Shown one piece after another: positions 46,969 to 56,223 of a stretch of 64,000 nucleotides of DNA. The position numbers and the translations under genes were made by a program. The DNA is taken from contig CAYSFB010000001.1 in NCBI GenBank assembly GCA_964430735.1, forward strand, positions 232,674-296,673, written 5' to 3'. Source of the DNA: an uncultured Planctomycetia bacterium (GTDB lineage Bacteria > Omnitrophota > Gorgyraeia > 2-02-FULL-51-18 > JAGOUK01). How positions within the stretch are numbered: position 1 is the stretch's first letter; every line of letters starts with the position of its first letter. The notes below the pieces were generated by a model, which saw only the letters and a program-made list of their open reading frames with translations, did no database searches and was not told the DNA's origin.

Positions 46969-47400
46969 TTATTCCGCCAGAAAAAGCATCAGCTCGGCTT
47001 CGCAGGCCAGCTTGCCGTTGACGGTCGCCGAGGCCTGGGCGATGTAGAACTTGGTTTTGTCTTTGACGTGGACCGCTTCGAGGCGAAGCTCGTCGCCGGG
47101 GCGGACCAGCTCGCGAAAACGGACGTTGTTGATCGAGGCGAAGTAGCCGAGCTTGCCCTTGTGCTCCGGCCGCATGAGCACCATGACACCCATCGTCTGC
47201 GCCAGCGCTTCCAGCATCAGGACGCCCGGCATGATCGGGTTGCCCGGAAAGTGTCCCGCGAGGTAATACTCGTCCGGAAGCACTTTTTTCCAGCCGACGA
47301 CATGTTTGTCGTCGAGCTCGGTGATCCGGTCGACGAGCAGAAACGGCTCGCGGTGCGGGATGATCGATTTGATCGCGTCACGGTCCATCGGAAGATTCAT
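46969..47400 (-). CDS. fabZ: 3-hydroxyacyl-ACP dehydratase FabZ
   Basis: IPHREPFLLVDRI...GHFPGNPIMPGVL hot-dog motifs. Confidence 0.95.
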   Translation of the reverse strand: MNLPMDRDAIKSIIPHREPFLLVDRITELDDKHVVGWKKVLPDEYYLAGHFPGNPIMPGVLMLEALAQTMGVMVLMRPEHKGKLGYFASINNVRFRELVRPGDELRLEAVHVKDKTKFYIAQASATVNGKLACEAELMLFLAE

Positions 47401-47427
47401 GAACGTCCCCTTCTTTATTTGAATCGT

Positions 47428-48279
47428 CTAAGAAGCGGCGGCCTGGGCGGCCAGCGCTTCGCGAAGCTTGTGATTGAGCGCGTGTCCGCTGCGCACCGCG
47501 ACGATGTGCGCGCGCAGATCGCTGCCCAAAAGACTCAAGTCCCCGATCAGATCCAGAATTTTGTGCCGGGCGCATTCGTCGCGGAAGCGCAGCCGGTTGT
47601 CCAAAGGCCCGTCCGCTGTCATGACGAGCGTGTTCGCCGTCGTCGCGCCCTTGCCGAACCCTTGCGCCCGCAGCCGCTCCGCCTCTTCGCGCGCGCAGAA
47701 CGTACGGGCCGGAGCGATCGCTTCCGCGAACCGTTCCGGCGTGAGGTCGATCGAAACGGTCTGCGCCTCGAGGCCCGGATACGGGTAGTCCAGCGTGTAC
47801 GTCACCCGGAACCCGTCGTGCGGAAGCGCGAGAATCGCGCTGCGCTCGCCGCTGACAAAAACCGGTTCCCGGACGATCAACGATCCGATCGGGGCGCGCT
47901 GATCCTCGAGCCCCGCGGCAGTGAAGGGCTCAATGAAGCCGGCCGCGCTGCCGTCCAGGATGGGAAGCTCGGGTCCGGTCAACTCCGCCTTCAGGTTCGC
48001 GATTCCCAAGGCCCACAACGCCGCCAAAAAGTGTTCGACCGTCTCCACCGATCCGCCGGCGCCCGACAGGAGTGTCCGCCGGCCGGCGCCCTGTTGAACC
48101 GCGTCAGCCGCCAACCCGCCGGTGAGATTCCAGCGCGGCTCCCCGGCCAAATCGGTCCGCGACAGGACGATACCTGTCCCCTCGGCGGCCGGACGGCATA
48201 CGAGCCGGGAGGGTTCCCCCGTATGGATGCCGATCCCTTCGATCACCGCCTCGCGGCGCAACGTCCTCTGGAAGCGCAC
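47428..48279 (-). CDS. lpxC: UDP-3-O-acyl-GlcNAc deacetylase
   Basis: QRTLRREAVIEGIGIHTGE...HKILDLIGD... ; GTG start overlapping the lpxD stop. Confidence 0.9.
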   Translation of the reverse strand: MRFQRTLRREAVIEGIGIHTGEPSRLVCRPAAEGTGIVLSRTDLAGEPRWNLTGGLAADAVQQGAGRRTLLSGAGGSVETVEHFLAALWALGIANLKAELTGPELPILDGSAAGFIEPFTAAGLEDQRAPIGSLIVREPVFVSGERSAILALPHDGFRVTYTLDYPYPGLEAQTVSIDLTPERFAEAIAPARTFCAREEAERLRAQGFGKGATTANTLVMTADGPLDNRLRFRDECARHKILDLIGDLSLLGSDLRAHIVAVRSGHALNHKLREALAAQAAAS

Positions 48280-49331
48280 TAGCGGTCCTGGAGCTTTTTC
48301 TGAATTTCTTTGAAGTCTTTGAAGAGCTTGGGCAGGCGCGAGATATAGATGATCCGCTCCTTTTCCTCGCGGAACGGAAGCGGCGGGCTGCCCAACAGGG
48401 TCGACTGCTCGGGAACGTCGGTGAAGACACCGCTCTGCGCGCCGATGATGGACCGCGCGCCGACGGTCACATGGCCCACGACGCCGACCTGGCCGGCGAG
48501 AATGACGTTGTCGCCCAGCTTGGCGGAGCCGGCGATGCCGACCTGCGCGATGATGAGGCAGTTCTCACCGATTTCGACGTTGTGGGCGATCTGAACGAGG
48601 TTGTCGACCTTGGTCCCCCGCTTGATGAGCGTCGTGCCGAACCGGGCGCGGTCCACGCAGGAATTCGCGCCGATCTCGACGTCGTCCTGGATCCAGACGT
48701 TGCCCCGCTGCGGCACTTTGATGTAGCGGCCGCCGATGTTCTCGTAGCCGAATCCGTCGGCGCCGATGACGGCGCCGGCATGCAGCACGACCCGGTCGTC
48801 GATCCGCGAACGGTCGCGCACCGAAACGTTTTCGTAAATGAGTGTGTCTTTGCCGATACGGCAATCGTCGCCGATGACGGCGCCGGACATGATGCTCGAG
48901 CCTTCGCCGACCTGGGTCCGCTCACCGACCACGGCTCCGGCGCCGACATAAACGCCTTTTGCCAGCACGGCGGTCGGGGCGACCGACGCGGAGGGATGAA
49001 CGCCCGTGCGGGCCAGATCCTCTTTGCCGGTGGTCCAGACGGAAAGCACCTGGAGAAACGCTTGCGCGGGATTGTCCGTGACGACCACGGGCCGTTCGCG
49101 GTAGGCGGAATCGCGGCCGACGATGACGGCGCCGGCGCGGCTCTTCTGGAGAGCCGGGAGATGCTTGGCGTCCCTTAAAAAAGTAATTTCCGCGGGACCG
49201 GCTTCCTGAATACCACAGGCGCCGGACACGCGGAAATGTGGGTCGCCGACGACCTCGCCCCCGACCAGCGCGGCGACTTGCGCCAGCGTCAGGTCGGAAA
49301 CGGGAGCGGCTTCTGAATTACTTTTTTGCAT
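48279..49331 (-). CDS. lpxD: UDP-3-O-acylglucosamine N-acyltransferase
   Basis: LTLAQVAALVGGEVVG N-terminus plus long hexapeptide-repeat helix. Confidence 0.9.
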   Translation of the reverse strand: MQKSNSEAAPVSDLTLAQVAALVGGEVVGDPHFRVSGACGIQEAGPAEITFLRDAKHLPALQKSRAGAVIVGRDSAYRERPVVVTDNPAQAFLQVLSVWTTGKEDLARTGVHPSASVAPTAVLAKGVYVGAGAVVGERTQVGEGSSIMSGAVIGDDCRIGKDTLIYENVSVRDRSRIDDRVVLHAGAVIGADGFGYENIGGRYIKVPQRGNVWIQDDVEIGANSCVDRARFGTTLIKRGTKVDNLVQIAHNVEIGENCLIIAQVGIAGSAKLGDNVILAGQVGVVGHVTVGARSIIGAQSGVFTDVPEQSTLLGSPPLPFREEKERIIYISRLPKLFKDFKEIQKKLQDR

Positions 49332-49818
49332 TCAGGCGGGCGGTGATTTCCTTGGACAGATCGCTCTGGTCCTTCTTGAAGACCAGCACGCGGTCGTTGT
49401 AGATGTAATCGTAGCCCTTTTCCTTGCCGTAAGCCTGGATGACCTCGTCGATCTCCTTGAGGATGTCGCGGATCATGTCGTCGCGCTTCTTGCGGAGCGT
49501 GAGACGGGCGTCGCGGTCGAAGGCCTGGAGCTCCTGAACTTTCTGGTCCATCTGGCGCTGCTTCTCTTCGCGCGCTTCGGGGGCCATAAGCTCGACTTCG
49601 TCGCGGAGCTTCTTGATCGCGTTGACCAGCGTATCGCGCTGGACGCGCTTGGATTCGGATTCCTTCTGGAGGTCGGCGTCGAACTGCTTGGTCTTCTCAT
49701 AGGAATCGAACACCTGCGAGATATTGATGAAGCCGATCTTGGCTTCGGCGAACGCGGAACCCGCGGTGAGAAAAACGGCCAGCACAAGTAAACTCAGGAC
49801 GCGCAACTGTGACTTCAT
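49318..49818 (-). CDS. skp: periplasmic chaperone Skp/OmpH
   Basis: Signal peptide then coiled-coil OmpH family; positioned between bamA and lpxD. Confidence 0.8.
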   Translation of the reverse strand: MKSQLRVLSLLVLAVFLTAGSAFAEAKIGFINISQVFDSYEKTKQFDADLQKESESKRVQRDTLVNAIKKLRDEVELMAPEAREEKQRQMDQKVQELQAFDRDARLTLRKKRDDMIRDILKEIDEVIQAYGKEKGYDYIYNDRVLVFKKDQSDLSKEITARLNAKK

Positions 49819-49857
49819 GGTCTCATATCTCCTTGTTAATTGATGGGATCAAAAATG

Positions 49858-52176
49858 TTAGAAGCCGCGGCTCATGTTGAAGTAGAACCGCACTTCCTTG
49901 CTCTCGCCTTCCACGTCATCGAGCGGGTAACCCGCGTCGACCTTGAGGGGGCCGATCGGAGTTTTGACCCGGATGCCGACGCCGACGCCGGAATAAAGTC
50001 CCTGGTCGCCGATGTCGTCGATCGTGGCGTCCACGGTACCCATGTCGTAGAAAGCAGCGCCCTTGATCACTCCGGGAAACACCGGGAAGGTGTACTCGAC
50101 GTTGCCGACCCAATAGGCGTTGCCGCCGATGGGGTCCTGGGTGCCGGTGTCACGGGGACCGATGCGGCGCTCGCGGTAACCGCGGATCGTGTTCGCACCG
50201 CCCGCATAGTAACGCTCGAAGATGGGCACCTTCTCGGAGTCGTCATAAGCGTCCGCGATACCGCCGCGCAGCTTGAGTTCCAGCACGTTGTCTTTGAAGA
50301 GTTCGCGGTACGCCGCGCCCAAGCCGGTGACTTTCCAGAAGTCGCGGTCGCCGCCGAACATGCCGCCGGCCAATTCGCCGCCGCCCTGCAGCAGGACGCC
50401 TTCGGTCGGAACAAAGCGGTTGTCGCGGGTATCGTGCGTCAGCATCGCACCGACGCGCGAAATATTGGTCTTGCCGAGTTCGGCCTTGAGGTCCGCGGAG
50501 GCCTCGTCGGGAATGTCGGAAATTTCGACCTGCTCATAGCCGTAGAAGGTGCTGAGCGTGTCGTAGTCGGTGAGCTCCTTGCCGACGCGGATGCGGCCGC
50601 CGGTCTGCTCCTGATCGAAGAAGAGACCCGAGCTGCGGGTCTTGTTGAACTCGCGGCGGTACACGTCGAAGCCCAGCGAGAAGGGGTTGCCCATGAACCA
50701 GGGGTCGGTCCAGGACAGCTCGCCCTGCGAACGGACGGAGCCGAGCTGAATGCGCGCGGTCAGGTCCTGTCCGGCGCCGGTGAACGAAGGCCAGTCAGCG
50801 ATGTTGAAATTGGACTGGCGCACCTGGACAAATCCGACCGCTTTGTCGATGGAGCTGAATCCGCCGCCGAAGCTGAATTCGCCGGTCTTGGTCTCCTTGA
50901 CCGTGACGACAAGATCCTTGGAGTCGGGGTTTTCGGTGTCCTGCGTGTCGAGCTGAACTTCTTCGAAGTAGCCGAGGTTGAAGAGGCGTTCCTTGGAGCG
51001 CTTGAGGGCCGCGCCGTTGAACGGTTCGCCGGGATAAACCCGCAGTTCGCGGCGGATGACGATGTCCTGGGTCTTGTTGTTGCCGCGGATGATGATGCGG
51101 TTCACGGAGGTCACATTGTTCTCGGTGATCCGGTACGAAACGTCGACCTTCTGGGTCTGCTCGTTGTAGACGGAATCGAACGCGACCTTGGCGTTCATAT
51201 AACCTTTTTCGAAATAAAGGTCCTGGATGTTCGTCACGCTCTGGCGGAGGCCCTTGCGCGAGAATGCCGAACCGCTCTTGAGCTCCATCGCCTTGAGAAT
51301 TTCTTCGTTGGTGAAGACCTTGTTGCCCTTGAACGTCACATCGCCGACCTGGTAGAGGCGGCCTTCTTCGACCACGAAGATGAGCCGGATGTCGCCCTTG
51401 TCGTTCAGGTTCTCGGTCTTGTACGTGGCTTTCGCGTCGCTGTAGCCGTATTCGTCGTACAGGGCCTGGATGCGCTGGAGATCGAGGTCGAGCGCGTCCT
51501 TCTTCAGCACGCCCGAGATCCAGAACCACTGGGCGGCCTTCGTCTCAATCTTGGAACGGATATCCCCTTCCTTGACGGACTTCACGCCCTCGAAGTCGAT
51601 CCGCTTGACGACGAGCTTGGCGCCTTCGTCGGCGATGATCGAAAGCTTGGCCTGGTTCGCGGTCGGGTCGAAGTCCATTTTGTAGCGGACGCCGGCGTCG
51701 TAATAACCTTTTTCTTCGTAGAGCTTCTTGACGGCGTCGACGTCGCGGCGGACCTGCTGTTCGTCGAAGAAGTCGCCGGCTTTGGATTTGACCTTGGCTT
51801 CAATGTCCTTGAGCTTGATCTTCACGTTGCCCACGATTTCGACTTCGCGCAGGACGGGCTTTTCTTTGACGATGAAGAGAACCTTGACCTTGCCGGTGGC
51901 GGGGTCCGTCTCCTGCTTGATCTGGACGTCCTTGAAGTAACCGAGGCTGTAGAGACGCTTCAAGTCTTCGCTCAGCACCTGCGGCGAGACGGGCTTGCCG
52001 GCGACGGTGCGCAGCTGGGTCAGGATGGTCTGAAGGGCGACGGTCTCGTTGCCCTGGACGACGACCTCGGAGACCGAGGAGCCGGAGTCATCGGCGAAGG
52101 CGCCGGCGGACAAAGCCCCGGAGCCCGTGAAAAGGATCGCGGCGGCCATCAACAAACGAAGGTATTTGAGCATCAT
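49858..52176 (-). CDS. bamA: outer membrane protein assembly factor BamA
   Basis: Signal peptide, five POTRA-like repeats, and C-terminal 16-strand barrel ending ...FYFNMSRGF. Trimmed to ATG 52176 (GAGGA RBS). Confidence 0.9.
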   Translation of the reverse strand: MMLKYLRLLMAAAILFTGSGALSAGAFADDSGSSVSEVVVQGNETVALQTILTQLRTVAGKPVSPQVLSEDLKRLYSLGYFKDVQIKQETDPATGKVKVLFIVKEKPVLREVEIVGNVKIKLKDIEAKVKSKAGDFFDEQQVRRDVDAVKKLYEEKGYYDAGVRYKMDFDPTANQAKLSIIADEGAKLVVKRIDFEGVKSVKEGDIRSKIETKAAQWFWISGVLKKDALDLDLQRIQALYDEYGYSDAKATYKTENLNDKGDIRLIFVVEEGRLYQVGDVTFKGNKVFTNEEILKAMELKSGSAFSRKGLRQSVTNIQDLYFEKGYMNAKVAFDSVYNEQTQKVDVSYRITENNVTSVNRIIIRGNNKTQDIVIRRELRVYPGEPFNGAALKRSKERLFNLGYFEEVQLDTQDTENPDSKDLVVTVKETKTGEFSFGGGFSSIDKAVGFVQVRQSNFNIADWPSFTGAGQDLTARIQLGSVRSQGELSWTDPWFMGNPFSLGFDVYRREFNKTRSSGLFFDQEQTGGRIRVGKELTDYDTLSTFYGYEQVEISDIPDEASADLKAELGKTNISRVGAMLTHDTRDNRFVPTEGVLLQGGGELAGGMFGGDRDFWKVTGLGAAYRELFKDNVLELKLRGGIADAYDDSEKVPIFERYYAGGANTIRGYRERRIGPRDTGTQDPIGGNAYWVGNVEYTFPVFPGVIKGAAFYDMGTVDATIDDIGDQGLYSGVGVGIRVKTPIGPLKVDAGYPLDDVEGESKEVRFYFNMSRGF

Positions 52177-52245
52177 GGTATGGGTTTGTCCTCGGTGATT
52201 AAGCGAATAATATAGCACAGGACCGGGCTGTCAAGAAGCCCGGAC

Positions 52246-53625
52246 TTACGCTCCCGATTCGTCCGGCGACCTGCGGACCAGGTCGAGGTTCTGGAAGCGC
52301 GTGAATTCCTTGACGAAGGCCAGTTTGATCGTCCCGACCGGGCCGTTACGCTGCTTGCCGATGATGACTTCGGCCATGCCGCGGTTCTCCTCGGTGGGCT
52401 TGTAATATTCTTCGCGCATCAGCATGATCACCATGTCGGCGTCCTGTTCGATCGCGCCCGATTCGCGCAGGTCGGACAGCTGCGGACGGTGGTCCGTGCG
52501 GCTCTCCACGGCGCGCGACAGCTGACTGACCGCGATCACGGGGCAGTGCAGCTCGCGGGCCAGCGCCTTGAGCGAACGGCTGATGGTCGAAATTTCCTGC
52601 TGACGGCTCTCGAAGCTGTCGTCCCCCCGCATGAGCTGCAGGTAGTCGATGATGACGAGCTGGATGTTGTGCTGGGCCTTGAGGCGGCGGGCCTTGGCGC
52701 GCAGCTCCAGGACCGAAATGCCGGGAGTGTCGTCGATAAAAATGGGGGCCTTGCTGAGCTTGGCGGCCGCGTCGGTCAGCTTGGGCCAGTCGGCCTGGGC
52801 CAAAAAGCCCGTGCGGACCTTGTGCGCGTTGACGCGCGCCTGGGAGCACAGCATGCGCTGCGTCAGCTGCTCCTTGGACATTTCGAGCGAGAAGATCGCG
52901 GTCGGTATTTTTTCGACGATGCCGACGTGTTCGGTGATGTTGGTGACGAACGCGCTCTTTCCCATCGACGGACGCGCCGCGATGATGATGAGGTCGGACG
53001 GCTGGAGACCGGCCGTCTGGATGTCGAATTCGTGGAAGCCGGTCGGGACGCCGGTGATGTTTTCTTTACGCTGGTAGAGCCGGTCGATGGTCTCGATGCA
53101 GTTCTTGACGATGTCCTTGATTGCGATCATCTCGCTGCCGAAGCGGTGGCCGGCGATTTCGAAGATCGCCTTCTCCGCCCGGTCGAGGAGGGCGTCGGCA
53201 GTATCGGACGCCTCGTAGCCGTCCTGAACGATCTGCGTCGCCGAATGAATGAGGCTGCGCAGGATGAACTTCTCATGGACGATCTTGATGTAGTAGCCGA
53301 TGTTCGCGCTGGTCGGGACCGCCGCAGAAAGTTCGGAAATGTACGAGGCGCCGCCGACCGCGTCGAGCGTCTGGTCCTGCGCGAGCGCTTCGGTCAGCGT
53401 GACGAGGTCGACCGCGCGGTTGCCTTCGAACAGCGTGACGAGCGCGCGGAAAATCTGCTTGTGCGGGGGGTGATAAAAACTTTCTGGGCGGAGCTTTTCG
53501 ATCGCCTGGGGGATGGCGAGGTCGTCGATCAGCATCGAGCCGATGACGGCCGCTTCGGCTTCGATGTTGTGCGGCAGCGTCTTGGACCGGGCGAGCTCGG
53601 CCGTTTGGGAAAATTGAAGTGCCAT
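52246..53625 (-). CDS. dnaB: replicative DNA helicase DnaB
   Basis: N-terminal NIEAEAAVIGSML; Walker A ARPSMGKSAF; ...IIDYLQLM.. Trimmed to ATG 53625. Confidence 0.92.
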   Translation of the reverse strand: MALQFSQTAELARSKTLPHNIEAEAAVIGSMLIDDLAIPQAIEKLRPESFYHPPHKQIFRALVTLFEGNRAVDLVTLTEALAQDQTLDAVGGASYISELSAAVPTSANIGYYIKIVHEKFILRSLIHSATQIVQDGYEASDTADALLDRAEKAIFEIAGHRFGSEMIAIKDIVKNCIETIDRLYQRKENITGVPTGFHEFDIQTAGLQPSDLIIIAARPSMGKSAFVTNITEHVGIVEKIPTAIFSLEMSKEQLTQRMLCSQARVNAHKVRTGFLAQADWPKLTDAAAKLSKAPIFIDDTPGISVLELRAKARRLKAQHNIQLVIIDYLQLMRGDDSFESRQQEISTISRSLKALARELHCPVIAVSQLSRAVESRTDHRPQLSDLRESGAIEQDADMVIMLMREEYYKPTEENRGMAEVIIGKQRNGPVGTIKLAFVKEFTRFQNLDLVRRSPDESGA

Positions 53626-53846
53626 AGTCGTCAAACCCCCGGGGGATCGGGTAAGGAGCCGGTTGCCGCGGGGGATGTCCCGCGGCAACTGCGGCGAATT
53701 CGTCGTGATCACTCAAAACCCGTGCTCGACCGGTCTGGCCGGCGCCTCCGTTACCGCGGAACATCCCCCGCGGCTTCGTGCGCAAGCCCCGAATCCGCAG
53801 TGCTGGTGTCAGTCAGACGCCAGGCACTCGGAAACAGCTGGATAAG

Positions 53847-54425
53847 TTACTTCTTCGAGGCCTTTTTTTCCTTGGCGGCTTTGGGGGCCTTGGCTTCGGG
53901 AGCTTCGGCGGCTTCCGCGACGACCTTGGGTTCCTTGGGCTGCTTCGGTTCTTTGGCTTCCTTCACCTCTTTGCCGGCGGACTTCTTCGTGGTGACCTGC
54001 ACCTTGAGGAGCGCGCGGACGTTCTGGTGGAGGCGGAGTTCGATGTCGTGGGAACCGGTCTTGCGGATCGCCTTCGGGACGCGGACCTGCTTTTTGTCCA
54101 CTTCGACGCCCAGCGCGGCGAGCGCTTCGGCGATTTCGGCGGACGTGACCGAGCCGAACAGCTTGCCGTCATCGCCGACCGCCGCTTCGATGGCGACGGT
54201 GAGCGTGCGGGCGCGCTTGGCGATTTCTTCGGCCTTGGAGCGGGTCTCTTTTTCCTTCTCGATGGCCTTGGCCTGCTTGATGGCGATCGCGCGGATGTTG
54301 CCGGCGGTCGCGGGGGCGGCCCAGCCCTGGGGGATCAGGTAGTTGCGCGCGAATCCGTCCGAGACCTTGACGACTTCGCCGACGGCGCCGACGTTCTCGA
54401 CGTTCTGGTTCAAAATGACTTTCAT
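53847..54425 (-). CDS. rplI: 50S ribosomal protein L9 with Lys/Ala/Pro-rich C-terminal extension
   Basis: MKVILNQNVENVGAVGEVVKVSDGFARNYLIP... plus a KEPKQPKEPK tail; AAGGAG RBS. Confidence 0.9.
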   Translation of the reverse strand: MKVILNQNVENVGAVGEVVKVSDGFARNYLIPQGWAAPATAGNIRAIAIKQAKAIEKEKETRSKAEEIAKRARTLTVAIEAAVGDDGKLFGSVTSAEIAEALAALGVEVDKKQVRVPKAIRKTGSHDIELRLHQNVRALLKVQVTTKKSAGKEVKEAKEPKQPKEPKVVAEAAEAPEAKAPKAAKEKKASKK

Positions 54426-54443
54426 GGGTTTCTCCTTAATCCC

Positions 54444-54710
54444 TTAGGCCGCGTACGGCAGGAGGGCGATTTCGCGCGCCAGTTTGATGGCGGCGGTCAG
54501 TTCCTGCTGGCAGCCCGTGCAGCTTCCGTTGATCTTGCGGGAAATGATCTTCCCCTTCTCGGTCAGGAAGCGCTGCAGGCGCGGGGTGTCCTTGTAGTCG
54601 ATGATGAAGATCTTGTCCGTGCAGAACTTGCAGACCTTCTTGCGGAAAACTTTTTTCTTCTTGTTCTTGTTCTTAGCCGCGGCTGCGCGGCCGCGTTTGA
54701 TGGGCGGCAT
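54444..54710 (-). CDS. rpsR: 30S ribosomal protein S18
   Basis: ...CKFCTDKIFIIDYKDTPRLQRFLTEKGKI...LPY. Confidence 0.9.
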   Translation of the reverse strand: MPPIKRGRAAAAKNKNKKKKVFRKKVCKFCTDKIFIIDYKDTPRLQRFLTEKGKIISRKINGSCTGCQQELTAAIKLAREIALLPYAA

Positions 54711-54734
54711 GTTTTTCTCCTATCGTTTCTGTAA

Positions 54735-55202
54735 TTAAAAAGGCGCGACGTCTCCGCCGATCCCCGCAGGGGGCTCGGACGGCATATCCAGCGAAATTTC
54801 TTCAAGAGGCCCCTGCCCGGCGGACGCGTGCTGGGGTTCTCCGTACTCTTCGGACGAGCGGCCCGAACCGGGACGTCCGCCGAGGAATTGAACGTTGAGC
54901 GCGTTGACTTCGGTGATCGAACGCTTCTGGCCGTCCGGGGCGTCCCAGCTGCGGCTCTGCAGACGTCCTTCGACGAAGCAGGAGCTGCCCTTCTTCAGGT
55001 ATTCGGCGCAGGTCTCGCCCATCTTGCCCCAGACGACGACGCGGATGAAGCTGACTTCCTCCTTCTTCTCGCCGGACGGCGTCTTGTAGACGCGGTTGAC
55101 GGCGAGCGTGAACGTCGTGACGGCCGTGCCGCTCGGAATGTAACGCAATTCCGGGTCGCGGGTCAGATTGCCGATCAGCATCACGCGGTTGAGACTGGCC
55201 AT
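54735..55202 (-). CDS. ssb: single-stranded DNA-binding protein
   Basis: OB-fold N-terminus NRVMLIGNLTRDPELRY plus Gly/Pro-rich tail ending DVAPF. Confidence 0.9.
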   Translation of the reverse strand: MASLNRVMLIGNLTRDPELRYIPSGTAVTTFTLAVNRVYKTPSGEKKEEVSFIRVVVWGKMGETCAEYLKKGSSCFVEGRLQSRSWDAPDGQKRSITEVNALNVQFLGGRPGSGRSSEEYGEPQHASAGQGPLEEISLDMPSEPPAGIGGDVAPF

Positions 55203-55229
55203 AAATGCTCCTTGAGTTTCCCGTGCGGG

Positions 55230-55583
55230 TTAGGCGTTGACCGGGCTCTCGTACCGGGACTCTTCGCGCGGCGCGTCGGTGACGACCTGGCGCGGGACAC
55301 GGCGGACGATGAGAAAACGCAGGATCTGCTCGTTGAGGATGAACAGGCTGCGCACGCGCGCGATCTTGTCGGGCGCGATGTCGAAGTTGACGAGGACGTA
55401 ATGTCCGTCGGCGTGCTTCTTGACGAGATACGCGAGCTTGCGGCGGCCCCACTCCTCGACGCCGGGATCGACGATCTTGCCGCCTTCGCGGGTCAGGATG
55501 TCCTGGATGTCGGTGACGGTCTTGCGGATCGCGGTCGCGTCCATCGTCGCATTGATGATGAACATGCCTTCGTATTGATTCAT
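55230..55583 (-). CDS. rpsF: 30S ribosomal protein S6
   Basis: MNQYEGMFII...; AAGGAG RBS. Confidence 0.9.
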   Translation of the reverse strand: MNQYEGMFIINATMDATAIRKTVTDIQDILTREGGKIVDPGVEEWGRRKLAYLVKKHADGHYVLVNFDIAPDKIARVRSLFILNEQILRFLIVRRVPRQVVTDAPREESRYESPVNA

Positions 55584-55603
55584 GGGCTCTCCTTCTTACC
55601 TGC

Positions 55604-56188
55604 TTAAGCTTCAGTTCCGTTAAACCGGTTCATGGCTTCGTCGATCCCGCGCTCGGCCCACAGCTGGGCCGCGTCAGCGGCGCGGACGATCGTCTCGTCC
55701 AAAACTTTGTGTTCCTGGGGCGCGAACGCGGCCAGCACGAAGCCGGCCAGATCGCCCCCGGGCCTCTCGGCCCCGACCCCGAACCTCAGCCGCGCGATCT
55801 CCTGCGTGCCGGCCGTGTTCAGGATGTCTTCGAGCCCTTTTTGTCCTCCCGACGAGCCGGCCGGTTTGAACCGGAGCTTGCCGAGCGGGAGGCTGACGTC
55901 GTCCAAGACGACCAGCACGTCCGAGGGCGCGAGACCAAAATCTTTGAGCGCGGCCGCAAAGGCCGAGCCCGACGCGTTCATGAACGTCTGGGGCTTCAAG
56001 GCCGCCATTCCGTTCCCCTGGAGCGCATAACGGTAGCGGACCGTCTGCCCTCCAAACGTGGAGCGTTTTTCGCGCTCCTCGCCCCATCCGCGCCGGCGGA
56101 TGAGTTCGTCGACCACCCGGAAGCCCGCGTTGTGACGCGTCTCCCGGTATTCCGGACCCGGGTTCCCCAAACCGATGATGAGTTTCAT
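55604..56188 (-). CDS. pth: peptidyl-tRNA hydrolase
   Basis: MKLIIGLGNPGPEYRETRHNAGF. Confidence 0.9.
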   Translation of the reverse strand: MKLIIGLGNPGPEYRETRHNAGFRVVDELIRRRGWGEEREKRSTFGGQTVRYRYALQGNGMAALKPQTFMNASGSAFAAALKDFGLAPSDVLVVLDDVSLPLGKLRFKPAGSSGGQKGLEDILNTAGTQEIARLRFGVGAERPGGDLAGFVLAAFAPQEHKVLDETIVRAADAAQLWAERGIDEAMNRFNGTEA

Positions 56189-56223
56189 GGTTGTGAGGCG
56201 GCTCGGGGCCGTTCAGCGGCCGT

